Origin: Eledone cirrhosa
Lineage: Eukaryota
Assembly: GCA_964016885.1 (NCBI GenBank)
Contig: OZ024750.1
Location: 9,362,001 to 9,426,000 of the forward strand
Reading direction: 5' to 3'
DNA length: 64,000 bases
Part shown: one piece after another, positions 52,362 through 64,000 of the stretch
Layout: each line of letters begins with the position of its first letter
Numbering within the stretch: position 1 is the first letter of the stretch
The notes under the pieces: generated by a model
The model's input: the letters and a program-made list of their open reading frames with translations, nothing else
Told to the model about the DNA's origin: nothing
Databases searched by the model: none
Program-made: the position numbers and the translations under genes

Positions 52362-53007
52362 AGTGATGTCTTTAACAGAGGTTACTCTGTTATAAGTTTT
52401 TGGGGTGGGGCCAGGATAACTTCCTCTTAGGTTAACTTCTCTTCCTTGCACCAATCTCTGAGACCCTGAAAAGAATGATGGACATTGCTCTTCTTCCTCT
52501 GCCAAACTATTAACCCCCCCCCCCCTCACACACACACACACACACACACAAAGAATACAGTTCAAATATTATTTGTATTTTATGATAATAACCTAACAAC
52601 AAGAAACACACCAAAAATTTCTCCCACCTCAAAGATAAAAATAAATTCTATTTGACATTCAGTTATTTTATTTGTGGCAATCGAACAGGAATTGCATAAT
52701 TGATTTGAAAAAAGAGAAAAATCCCAAACTACCAAAAGTCTTTGAATATTTATACTATTCCCAGATGTAGACAAACTTTGTTGCAATGAATTCCCAGAAT
52801 GTTTCCAAAATAAACTGTTGAGCTAATTTTACAAACTGTTCTGTCTGATAAATAGAATAGTATCTTAATCATACTAAATGCCTTCAGTAACATGCTTTAC
52901 AATACCAGAAGGAGTTACTATGATTATAACTTAAATAACAAGAATTATTTTGTAGGCATTCAACAGTGACGGGAACAACAACAACAACAATACCATCAAC
53001 AACAATA

Positions 53008-53395
53008 ATAATGATTTCTAGTATAGGCACAAGGCCAGTAATTTGGAGGGAAGGGAAAGTCGATTAAATTAACCACAGTACATTACTGGTGCTTTATTTT
53101 ATCGACCCTGTAAAGGATGAAAGGCAAAGTTAACCTGGGCTGGATTTGAACTCAGGCCGTAAAGGGCCGTAACTCTATGCTGCAAAGCATGTTGTCCAAC
53201 GCTCTACCGATACTGCCAATCCACTGCCCTAACAACAACAATAATAATGGTTTCTGATTTAGACACAAGGCCAACAATTTGGGGTGAGGGGATAGTTAAT
53301 TAAATCGACCCCAGTGCGTGACTGGTATTTTATTTTATCGACCTCATAAGGATGAAAGGCAAAGTTAACCTCGGCAGGATTTGAACTCAGAATAT
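53008..53395 (-). mobile_element. Tandem pair of SINE A (long subfamily)
   Basis: Family core twice in reverse orientation. Confidence 0.9.
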
Positions 53396-53900
53396 AAAGA
53401 TTATCATCATCATCATTATCATCTATTACTACTTCTACTACTATTCAAATTCAATGCTGGCATGGGTTGGATGGGTTGTCGTGGCATGCAACTAGACTGG
53501 TTAGGTAACTACATCTTGTCCATACATTCCATATTTGGTATGCTTTCTATTTGCTGGATGTCCTATGTATTGCCAATTACTTTGCAGTGTACTTGGAGCA
53601 TTGTTTCATGGCACCGATACTTTGCTGAGTGCATTGGATATATTTTATCATGGCAACAACATTAAAGAGGTTCTCAGATATCCACAGGTGCTGAGGGTCC
53701 TTTCTACTCTATGTTGTGTTGGGTTTTGTTTCTTGGTTTGTGTGAAATGAGTATTTTCAATTATCTCACCTCAGTTTTCTTCCAATTATATTTTTTCTTA
53801 TTAAATGCAGATAAATCTATTTTGGGAACATGTTATTCACTTGTGCAATATTTAGAAGAGTCTTTAGATAATAATAATAATAATAATAATATAATATAAG

Positions 53901-54325
53901 GATTTCAGCATACAGACAGACAAGAAAGTAGAACACAATAGGCCTGACCTGGTGGTTTTTGACAAGGAAAAAAGATTGTGCCTGATTGTAGATGTCGCCT
54001 GCCCTTTTGACATAAGAGTGCAAGAAAAGGACAAGGAGAAAATTAACCGATACCAGTATTTAAAGTGGGAGTTAAAAAGGATTTGGGACTGTCATTAGAT
54101 CAAGGTCATCCCAATTGTCGAAGGAGCACTAGGTACTATCTTGAAGAGTTTTCAAGGATGGTTAAACCCCCTTTTTTGGAACACTTCAAAAGGCATGTGT
54201 GCTGGGAATAGCAAGAACCCTCCGATATGTCCTAAATATCTGAAGCTGCAGGTAGTGGCTTCATGTTCATTTAAACAAACTTTCCAGTTAAATAACATCA
54301 ATGACTGAGACTCCAAGAATAATAA
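53901..54325 (+). mobile_element. Dong/R4-type non-LTR retrotransposon 3' fragment (restriction-like endonuclease domain), pseudogenised
   Basis: DFSIQTDKKVEHNRPDLVVFDKEKRLCLIVDVACPFDIRVQEKDKEKINRYQYLKWELKRIWDCH*IKVIPIVEGALG then, frameshifted, GTLQKACVLGIARTLRYVLNI* (TGA 54241-54243). RPD...D and KxxKY-like RLE motifs. Confidence 0.88.
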
Positions 54326-54672
54326 CAACAAAAAGAATAATCTTTAAAATTAGTGAATACTTAAATAAAAAAAATTAATTGGAAATTATATTGGGATCCA
54401 CAGGTTGGCAAATTTATTTAATAAATACTCAAGAGATGTGTCAACATTGTATTTACACATGTACATCAGGCTACAGTAACATAAATTAGACAGTACTAAA
54501 TTCATTGGAATGTATAGACTTGACATCTTATGTATCTGTAGGTTTATATCACAGGTGACAGAATGTCTAGACTGACAATCATATAATAAGCACATGGCAA
54601 TACAAAACATTTTTTTTAGAGTCTTAGTTTCTTGAAATATCTAGTGGTAATGTGATCTATACTGAAAGTATA

Positions 54673-54703
<31 letters not shown>

Positions 54704-54789
54704 CAAGTAAAATAACGGAGTAAAGGACTCACGTATAATCCAGTAATTCAATGAGCTCAAAGGAAAGAGTTTTCCTGGGCACTTTAAAA

Positions 54790-54911
54790 TACAATATAGA
54801 GAGGAAAAACACTGGAGAGTGTGTTTTCATTACAGGATTTTAACCACCAGTGTGTGGTTAAAATCCTGTAATGAAAACACACTCTCCAGTGTTTTTCCTC
54901 TCTATATTGTA
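54790..54911. repeat. Perfect palindrome, 58-bp arms, 6-nt loop
   Basis: 54790-54847 is the exact reverse complement of 54854-54911. Confidence 0.95.
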
Positions 54912-54929
54912 CATATATATATATATATA

Positions 54930-55227
54930 TATAATACAAGGACGATTTGTTAAGCCTTCATTACGTTTATTGATTCGTGACATGCGTTTCACTATTGATC
55001 AGCTCAAGGTTCGATCTATTTCGATCTGGCCCGATTCTGGAATCAAAAGCTCGTCAGACCTCTGCTGTTGTAATGATAGAATGAACATATATTCATATGT
55101 TCATTCAAATCGTCCTTGAATTATTATATTTACACTCTGTTTAGCTCTACCCCTCGCTACTGACATGAATCTAAACATCGAGTGCTCACGTGGGTGAAAC
55201 TACAGTAACTTCACGTTACACTCCCTG

Positions 55228-55228
<1 letters not shown>
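54930..55228. mobile_element. Second copy of element H2 with internal inversion; ribozyme at 54977-55060 (-)
   Basis: Minus strand CUGACGA-GCUUUUGAU...AUCAAUAGU-GAAAC-GCAU-GUC. Segment 55105-55228 is the reverse complement of 48990-49098 plus the start of the next segment. Flanked by (TA)n. Confidence 0.7.
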
Positions 55229-55284
<56 letters not shown>

Positions 55285-55332
55285 CTTGCTTTTTCAAACA
55301 GGTATCTATTTATCTATCTTTCTGTCTATCAA

Positions 55333-55363
<31 letters not shown>

Positions 55364-55660
55364 GGAGGCACATGGCTTAGTGGTTAGAGCATTGGCCTTG
55401 CAATCCAAGGGTTGTGAGTTCAATTCTCAGACCGGGTGATGTGTTGTTTCCTTGAGTAAGACACTTTATTTCACATTGCTCCAGTTTACTCAGCTGTAGA
55501 AATGAGATGATAGGGACTGGTGTCCCTATCATTCCACTGCAAAGTGGTCGTGGAGGTGCCACGGCAAAAAAGCACCCAGCACTCACTGTAAATGAGGTTG
55601 GTGTTAGGAAGGGCATCCAGCTGTAGAAATCAAGCCAGAATCAGTTCCCGTCCCACCCTT
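55364..55660 (+). mobile_element. SINE B, 3' end cut by (TA)n
   Basis: Near-identical to 10108-10400. Confidence 0.9.
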
Positions 55661-55897
55661 ATATATATATATATATATATATATCATCATCATCATGTTG
55701 CAAAGCATGTTGTCCGATGTTCTACCAATACTTCTAATCCACTATTCCTTCTTCCTTGACTGATGATAAAGTGAAGTGAAACTCAACCAGTGGATAGGAT
55801 TTTATTGGCAGCATGACTCTCCCAAAGTATACCGATGCATGTTTCAACACATGATTTCACATCAAGTATCTTGCAAATCTAATAAACAAATATATAT

Positions 55898-55939
<42 letters not shown>

Positions 55940-56104
55940 GTATATATATATATATGTATGTACATATATATATATTTATGTATATATATATATATGTATG
56001 TACATATATATATATGTATGTACATATATATATATGTATGTATATATATATATATGTATGTATACACACATACTTGTATATATGCATACATAAACACATA
56101 CAGG

Positions 56105-56165
<61 letters not shown>

Positions 56166-56425
56166 ATGTATACATGTATTTGATGTATATCTTTAATCTT
56201 GAATCTCCTGAGACCCTCCTTAGAATATTTATTTAGTTACCTCTCCTCAACTAGTATTTTTTGTTTTTCTTGCTTTTGTTCAACTCTTTCTCTATATTTT
56301 CCCATAAGCTGGAACTTTTGAGCTTCCTATACATCCAGTAACATCTTTCTTTTTCTCTCTATCTATCGTTTACCCTGTTTATCTCTCTCTATTTATCTAT
56401 ATATCTATCTATCTACTGTCTACTC

Positions 56426-56445
56426 ATGCAAGCATGGAACAATGG

Positions 56446-56487
<42 letters not shown>

Positions 56488-56507
56488 CCATTGTTCCATG
56501 CTTGCAT
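56426..56507. repeat. Perfect palindrome centred on a (TA)n tract
   Basis: atgcaagcatggaacaatggc-(TA)n-gccattgttccatgcttgcat. Confidence 0.95.
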
Positions 56508-56666
56508 ATATATATATATATAAATATATATATAAATATATATATATATAAATATAAATATACATATATATATCTTTCATTGTATCCATCAATCTATATA
56601 TCTATCCATCTATCTATCTATATATCTATCTATCTATCTATCTATCTGTCTCTGTCCATTTATCTA

Positions 56667-56703
<37 letters not shown>

Positions 56704-57397
56704 GTCTGTATATAATATATATATATATATATTTAAAAGTTAAACAACAACATATACTTGATCACAAGAATATCTATTTTGTTAATATTTTGAATTAATA
56801 TATATACACACACACCCACACACACACACACATATATATATATATCCATTCATTTATTCATCTATTTATTTATATATTCTATCCATTATTATTTCCAGTG
56901 CAGTCTAGCACTAATACTTCAGTTCAACAGAATATAATTGTCAGCTGAATTCAAAGAAGAATTCAAATTCCTTCTTTTTCCTCTCACTATTCTTTAGTTG
57001 CTCAGTTTATTGAAATATAAAAAGGTCGTTAGCCATATTTTACTGTGTTTTTGTTACTTAATGATTTTATTTTCTTAATCTTTTTTTTTTTTTTTTTTCG
57101 TTTTCTATTCACAAAATTCAGAAAAATTCTGGTTTACTGTTGAAATAGTTATTCAAGAATTTTGACAATATGAATGAATTCATGAATATATACATACATG
57201 AATGTGTATATATATATTCACACACACACAGACATAGATATATAGATATATATATCAAGACATACTTATACACACACACATTTATATATAATATACATGT
57301 GTGTGTGTATATATATATGTATATATAAATAAATAAATAAATATATATATATGTATGTATATATGTATAAATAAATAAATAAATATATATATATGAT

Positions 57398-57745
57398 GGA
57401 GGCACATGGCTTAGTGGTTAGAGCATTGGCCTTGCAAACGAAAGGTTGTGAGTTCAATTCTCAGACCGGGTGATGTGTTGTTTCCTTGAGCAAGACACTT
57501 TATTTCACATTGCTCCAGTTTACTCAGCTGTAGAAATGAGATTATGGGGACTGGGGTCCATATCATTCCACTGCAAAGTGGTCATGGAGGTGCCACGGCA
57601 AAAAAGCACCCAGCACTCACTGTAAATGAGGTTGGTGTTAGGAAGGGCATCCAGCTGTAGAAATCAAGCCAGCATCAGTTCCCGTCCCACCCTTGCAAGC
57701 AAGGAAAAAGTGGACGTAAAATGAAATGATGAAATGATGATGATG
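57398..57745 (+). mobile_element. SINE B full length
   Basis: Near-identical to 10108-10432; (TGA)n tail. Confidence 0.9.
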
Positions 57746-57814
57746 ATATATATCACCATACACTGTAAGATGATCATGTTGGTGACACAATAAACAGTAA
57801 ACAGACATAACAAA

Positions 57815-57900
57815 ACAAACAGTACAGTACATGGAAGAAATATATTAGTTTAACGCTTGAAATAGTAAGAAGAGAGTCCTTCATCAGAAGATAGAGTTAG
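57815..57900 (-). mobile_element. Deleted copy of hammerhead element H1
   Basis: Minus strand reads cttCTGATGAaggac then jumps to tctcttcttactatttcaagcgttaa. The 3' half of stem II and GAAA are lost; flanking sequence matches 42440-42490. Confidence 0.6.
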
Positions 57901-59985
57901 AAATAGAAGATAAATAGAAAGTAAAGAGTGATGAGAGGAAGGAACGCAGAAAAAATGGGAAAAAAATCGGGAAGAAAAAAAACACAGGTGCTTATTCAGT
58001 CAGCCATCTTACACCCTTGCTAGCAAGGAAAATAGATGTTAAACAATGACGATGATGATGATGATGATGATAATGTAGGTGGTGGTGGAGTGATGTATTT
58101 ATTATGAGACATAATCATTATCATTAAAAGAAACTTGTAATGTACCTCCATCAGTAAGAGTAAAAACAGTAAAAATATAACTTTTGCTTTTTTCTATGTC
58201 ATTAAGTCTCTTATGTGACACAGGTTCTTAATAAACTGCATTTCTCTACCTTTTATATGTTTTAGTCTTCTTTCACTGTTCTACTTTATCATAAATGTAT
58301 TGTACAATGGCCCCTAGGAATAGAAATGTTTCTGCTACTACTCCCATTGCATTGTTCTTAACAAAACACATAAAGCTGATTGTAACAATCAGTGTGTCAC
58401 TGATTAACAAGTTGTTATTGCTGTTGCTGTTGCGGTTGCTGTTGCGGTTGTTGTGTAGTTCTAATTCAGTTTTAATCAAGTAAACCTATGACCAAACATC
58501 TTCCAACTGTCACTATAGCCTCTTTGTTGTTTTGTTGTAGTACAGAAATATAAGGATTACAGCCAGTTCAAATATTCTAAAGATCTAAAGTCTGTCTTAA
58601 GCCAGAATACTCATTAGGCTGGTGCTTATCTTGGTTAAATGGCGTGAAGTGACTGAAAGTAGAAGACTCTTCCCTGGACAGGATGCCAGTCCATCACAGG
58701 GTTAAACTCTCAGCTATTGCTGATACTATTTTTCAGCTGAGTATACTATAGCAATATGAAATGACGTGTTTTGCTACAGATATTGCAGTACTCAATTTTA
58801 AGCAATTGGTAGTTTGTCCTCAAAATTCAAATAAAAAATATATTTTACTGTGGAATAAGTTACCCATGGCTGTTAACAACAATGAAAAGAATAAAATAAA
58901 ACTGAAGTGGAATCTAACAAACCATTTTCTGAATAGTTTGATAAGTTGCAAGGAAAGTGCAATTGTTGCAGCTAGATAGCCTGATAACTATTTTTTTTTT
59001 TTTAAATAAGATGATGATGAAAGGATTGTTTTAGAAACGAATGCCTAAGGAAACTCACTTGGCAAAGAAAGGAAAATTCCAAACTGAATATACAGGGAGT
59101 TGTTAGAAAAATCATTCAACTTTATATCTAGTAATGTCTAAAATAGATCAGAGGAAATGCCAGAGAGTTGCTTTACCAACACGATGTTGACCTCAATAAT
59201 GAAGAATTTTAAAATTTCAAGTAGCAATGTTGTATATGATGAAGATGATTGTTAAAAGAGATGAAGTTGAGATATAAATGAAAGAAGTCTTAAAGAAACA
59301 TGATACTATTATTAGAATATTTAAAAATGGAAAACATATGACAATAGAAGCCAGTTGGAGATGCATTCATGTACTATAGGTTCAAACACAGAGAGAAAAT
59401 TAAAGAAACAGATAATATTTTATAATGGAATATAAATATTTAAGTCTCTCATATATATTTTTTTTTACTATATTGATATAAGTCATAAAACTTATTAAAT
59501 ATAAAAAGAAATTTTGATCAAATCATTTATTTTCTTCTTGGTTTTTAGTAATTTTGATATACTTTTACTTTTTCTGTAATGTATTTTGGAAAGTTAAACA
59601 TTTTTCTATTTTTTTTTTTTTCTTTTTTAAAGTTTAGAAATCATTCAGTGATTTTATATGCATTTATATTTGAAAACTGTAGTTTTGAGAATACTGCACT
59701 GTTCTTGTAACATGCACTGCTTGCAGTACTCAAGGAATTCTTGTATATATATATATATATATATATATATGGAATTGTATATTGGAATTATATATTGATA
59801 ATGTAATGTAAGTAATACTTTTAATATTATGCTTGGTTCTATGTTGTTATTTTTTTTTTTTTTTTGGCAAGATATTGAAAATGTTGTATTAACATTATCT
59901 GTATGAAGGCACTCTGTTTGGGTATTTTCATGCCAAATTCACATTGAGCGGTTATGGTGCAGTGAGTCAATATATTTTATATCGA

Positions 59986-59991
59986 AATAAA
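59986..59991 (+). promoter_or_regulatory. Candidate polyadenylation signal ending a U-rich 3'UTR-like stretch (59400-60005)
   Basis: AATAAA followed by tgcatttgtatt and a (TATG)n GU-rich downstream region. Confidence 0.25.
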
Positions 59992-60079
59992 TGCATTTGT
60001 ATTAATATATATATATATCTATGTATGTATGTATGTATGTATGTATGTATAACGAGGGGGCAGCCATCATGCATGTAGG

Positions 60080-60122
<43 letters not shown>

Positions 60123-60178
60123 ATTTCAGCGAGATCGTATTTCGGCGGTGGCCAAAAACAAAACAAAACGCAGTCTTC

Positions 60179-60232
<54 letters not shown>

Positions 60233-60434
60233 TTAAACCAGTATTAAACTATTAAGACCATTATTAAAAAAAAGTACTCAATACTTCAGATAGTAGAGTA
60301 TGATTATATTAGAAAGAGTCAAGGCTTCATGGCTGAGCTCTCAGTTTCGACAGGTAATTCTAGACTGGAACTAGCTGTCAAAATGGGAAGAGCTCAGCCA
60401 TTGGGTCCTGATTCTTTCTTATATACATATATGT

Positions 60435-60958
60435 ATATCCCTTTAAACCAGACAATGTCTCCCTATAAACCAGACAATGTATTTCTATAAACCAGACAAT
60501 ATCTCCCTATAAACAACACAATGTCTCCCTATAAACCAGACAATATCTCCCTATAAACAACACAATGTATCTCTATAAACCAGACAATGTATCCCTATAA
60601 ACCAGACAATGTATCCCTATAAACCAGACAATGTCTCCCTATAAACCAGACAATGTATCTCTATAAACCACACAATGTCTCCCTCCCTATAAACCAGACA
60701 ATATCTCCCTATAAACAACACAATGTATCCCTATATACCAGACAATATCTCCCTATAAACCACACAATGTCTCCCTCCCTATAAACCAGACAATGTATCT
60801 CTATAAACCAGACAATGTCTCCCTATAAACCAGACAATGTCTCCCTATAAACCAGACAATGTCTCCCTATAAACCAGACAATGTTTCCCTATAAACCACA
60901 CAATGTCTCCCTCCCTATAAACCAGACAATGTATCTCTATATACCAGACAATGTACCC
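60435..60958. repeat. 22-bp minisatellite, about 23 copies
   Basis: ataaaccagacaatgtctccct with variants. Confidence 0.95.
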
Positions 60959-61444
60959 ATTTTTGTAGGAGTGGTAGAGAAGGGGGAAAGAGAAGAAGAG
61001 AGTAGCTAGCAACAATGTATCCCTTTTTGTAGGAGTGGCTGAGAAGAATAAGAGGGTTGATAGAGTGGCTAGCAGTCTCTTCTTATAAGAAAAAAGAAAA
61101 AAACAAACTAACTATTGGAACTACCGTAGGACAAAGTGTAGTACAGCATGGAATGGGAATAAACAATAACATCTCAGCTATCGTTGGAAAATAGACATAA
61201 AAATAAAGGAAGCTACAAGTTAGTTGGAAACTGTATGAACATTCTAGAAAGAATAAAAGAGTGTTTTGTAAAAGAAATGTGTTGTTAGGTTTTTAGAAGG
61301 AATATAGAAAAACACCTTTTTGCTATTTTTATATAAAATATCAGACATGTTGAATGATATCGTTGTATTTCATAGTTTCTTTATTCTAACATTGCTGAAA
61401 TGACATATCAGAGATGAAGTAGCTTTCTATTTATTTTTTTGTTC

Positions 61445-62022
61445 TCTGTGTGTATATGTATATGTGTGTATGTGTGTATATGTGTGTATGTGTGTATATG
61501 AATTTGTGTGTATATGTACGCATATATGTGTGTGTCTGAATGTGTGTGTATATATGTGTGTGTCTGAATGCATGGTGTGTATTTATGACTGAATGCATGG
61601 TATGTATGTGTGACTGAATGCATGTGTGCATGTGTACGTGTCTGAATACATGTGTATATGTGTGTCTGGATGCATGTGTGAACGTGTATATATGTGTGTC
61701 TGAATGCATGTGTATATGTATGTGTCTCAATGTATATGTATATGTATATGTCTGAATGTGTGTGTATATGTGTGTCTGAATGCATGTGTGAATGTGTATA
61801 TGTGTCTCAATGCATGTGTACATATACACATGCATCTGAATGCATGTATATATGTATGTGTCTCAATGCGTGTATATATGTATGTGTCTTAATGCATGTA
61901 TATATATGTATGTGTCTCAATGCATGTATATATATATATATATGTATGTGTCTCAATGCATGTATATATGTATATATATGTATGTGTCTCAATGCATGTA
62001 TATATATGTATATGCACCTGAA
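61445..62022. repeat. (TG/TA)-rich minisatellite with gtctgaatgcat/gtctcaatgcat module
   Basis: Direct inspection. Confidence 0.9.
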
Positions 62023-62479
62023 TGGCAGTGTGTTATCTTCAACAGTTTTCTCTATATAAAAACCCAGATCATAAATGATTATATAGATATTTTTTATTAA
62101 CCAGTGTAAAATAAGCAAAAATGATAAATATTTCTTTAACATTTTTCTATCATATTCTTAATATTCTCTTTAACTTGTTTTCTTCATTTTTCTTATATTT
62201 TCCTAATACTGTATATTCCACTATAATTCAATATACATTTGTCTTCTTCAATATTTCCTCGGCATAGAATTTATAAGAATTATTCTTTAAATAAAAAATT
62301 CTTTACTTAATTAGCAAAAGATCTATTATTTTCATTTGATATTTTGTTTAATGTATTTTCTTTCATGTATTTTTTTTTAATATTATTAATTGATTTGAAT
62401 GTATCTTCTGCCATTCCAAGTCAACTGATGCAATTCTTCAGAATAATGTGCCAACAAAAATGCCCCTCCATGATATTAA

Positions 62480-62764
62480 CCCTTTAGCATTTCCATTACT
62501 CTATATTTACTCTACTCTATATTTACATTACTCTATATTTACTCTACTCTATATTTACATTACTCTATATTTACAATTATATTTTCATGCTAAAGGCTTT
62601 ACCTTACATAATTATCTCGCATAATATCGAATCTACAAGATTTTGATATTATTTATTTTGAGAACAATACCTTAACATAAGTATGAGCAGCTGTTTATAG
62701 CCAGTTTGAACAGAAAGAGGTGAAAGAATTCTGGCTGAATACAGCCAGTTTAAATGCTAAAGAG
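62480..62764. mobile_element. piggyBac-type MITE with internal tandem expansion
   Basis: TTAA-ccctttagcattt...taaatgctaaagag-ttac; the tactctatattta motif is amplified at 62497-62575. Confidence 0.8.
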
Positions 62765-62924
62765 TTACAAATAATACTATACTGCTTTAAATTAAGTAAC
62801 AAAACATTGGATCTTTTGCTGAGAGCTTGTATGCCTGAGCTGGGCAATAGGGTGAGCTCCTGCTGGTCTAAAGAACGGCTCAAATAAGTTGTGTATATCA
62901 CCTCTGCCAGCTAAACTCCCTCAC

Positions 62925-63787
62925 AGTGGCACATTGAGAGTGGCACCCCAAAAATTGACTGTACCAGTGGCACATCTACAGTGGGACCCCAATAATTGGC
63001 TGTCCTGTGGCACTTCTACAGTGGCACCCCAACGACTGGCTGTACCTGTGGCACATCTACAGTGGCACCCCAACAACTGGCTGTACCTGTGGCACATCTA
63101 CAGTGGCACACCAACAACTGGCTGTACCTGTGGCACATCTACAGTGGCACCCCAACGACTGGCTGTACCTGTGGCACATCTACAGTGGCACACCAACAAC
63201 TGGCTGTACCTGTGGCACATCTACAGTGGCACACCAACAACTGGCTGTACCTGTGGCACATCTACAGTGGCACACCAACAACTGGCTGTACCTGTGGCAC
63301 ATCTACAGTGGCACCCCAACGACTGGCTGTACCTGTGGCACATCTACAGTGGCACACCAACAACTGGCTGTACCTGTGGCACATCTACAGTGGCACCCCA
63401 ACGACTGGCTGTACCTGTGGCACATCTACAGTGGCACCCCAACGACTGGCTGTACCTGTGGTACATCTACAGTGGAACCCCAACGACTGGCTGTACCTGT
63501 GGTACATCTACAGTGGCACCCCAACGACTGGCTGTACCTGTGGCACATCTACAGTGGCACCCCAACGACTGGCTGTACCAGTGGCACATCTACAGTGGCA
63601 CCCCAACAACTGGCTGTACCTGTGGCACACCTACAGTGACACACCAACAACTGGGTGTACCTGTGGCACACCTACAGTGGCACACCAACAACTGGCTGTA
63701 CCTGTGGCACATCTACAGTGACACACCAACAACTGGGTGTACCTGTGGCACATCTACAGTGGCACACCAACAACTGGGTGCACCAGT
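62925..63787. repeat. 41-bp minisatellite, about 21 copies
   Basis: tggcacatctacagtggcaccccaacgactggctgtacctg, highly homogeneous. Confidence 0.95.
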
Positions 63788-64000
63788 TGCAGTAACACGA
63801 TGATGATGATGATTTCATTATTGCTTAATTAACTTGGGAAAGGAGGTGTGACTATTTTAAAGAGAAGAAACATTGAATCAAATTAGAGAATTACAAGACA
63901 AACTATGTCATTGTCACTTCATACATTAATTACAAGCCCACACATTAACGGAAGCATCACCTGGTGGTCGGGGTTTATATGTATATGTGTGTGTGTATAT

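Noticed and set aside
52765-52826. Putative terminal exon VDKLCCNEFPECFQNKLLS resembling an insulin A chain
   Set aside because: Cysteine spacing is wrong, the last Cys is missing, and no B-chain exon was found.
55759-55790. CTGATGA...GAAAC spacing
   Set aside because: No stem II or stem I pairing.
56899-57165. Putative terminal coding exons after acceptors at 56898 and 57121
   Set aside because: Only 14-16 codons with no recognisable homology; cannot be linked to upstream exons.
60435-60958. CRISPR-like periodic array (also 62925-63787)
   Set aside because: Contiguous tandem units without unique spacers; eukaryotic context and no cas genes.

Overview
AT-rich, microsatellite-dense animal DNA. 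The SINE repertoire and (TA)n/(CCA)n/(ATC)n load suggest an octopus or other coleoid cephalopod; this is an inference from recalled SINE motifs, not a database result. No confidently identifiable host protein-coding gene is present, and nearly all long ORFs in the track are low-complexity artefacts of simple repeats. The window holds more than 25 copies of a tRNA-derived SINE (family A), about 7 copies of a CORE-like SINE (family B) that shares its tail with an RTE LINE 3' end at 27.1-27.7 kb, several decayed RTE fragments, a Dong/R4-type endonuclease fragment in (AAT)n, piggyBac-, Tc1- and hAT-type MITEs (partly nested), minisatellites and several near-perfect palindromes. The main finding, folded by eye, is at least 9 type-I hammerhead ribozyme motifs from about 6 unrelated short element families, plus degenerate copies, nearly all in or beside (TA)n tracts. 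Most have palindromic stem III loops (dimer type, as in Penelope-like elements), several have unusually large or branched stem II inserts, and three different ones lie within 700 bp at 41.75-42.44 kb. A few isolated exon candidates and a possible promoter (48.7-49.8 kb) and 3' end (~60.0 kb) are reported at low confidence.
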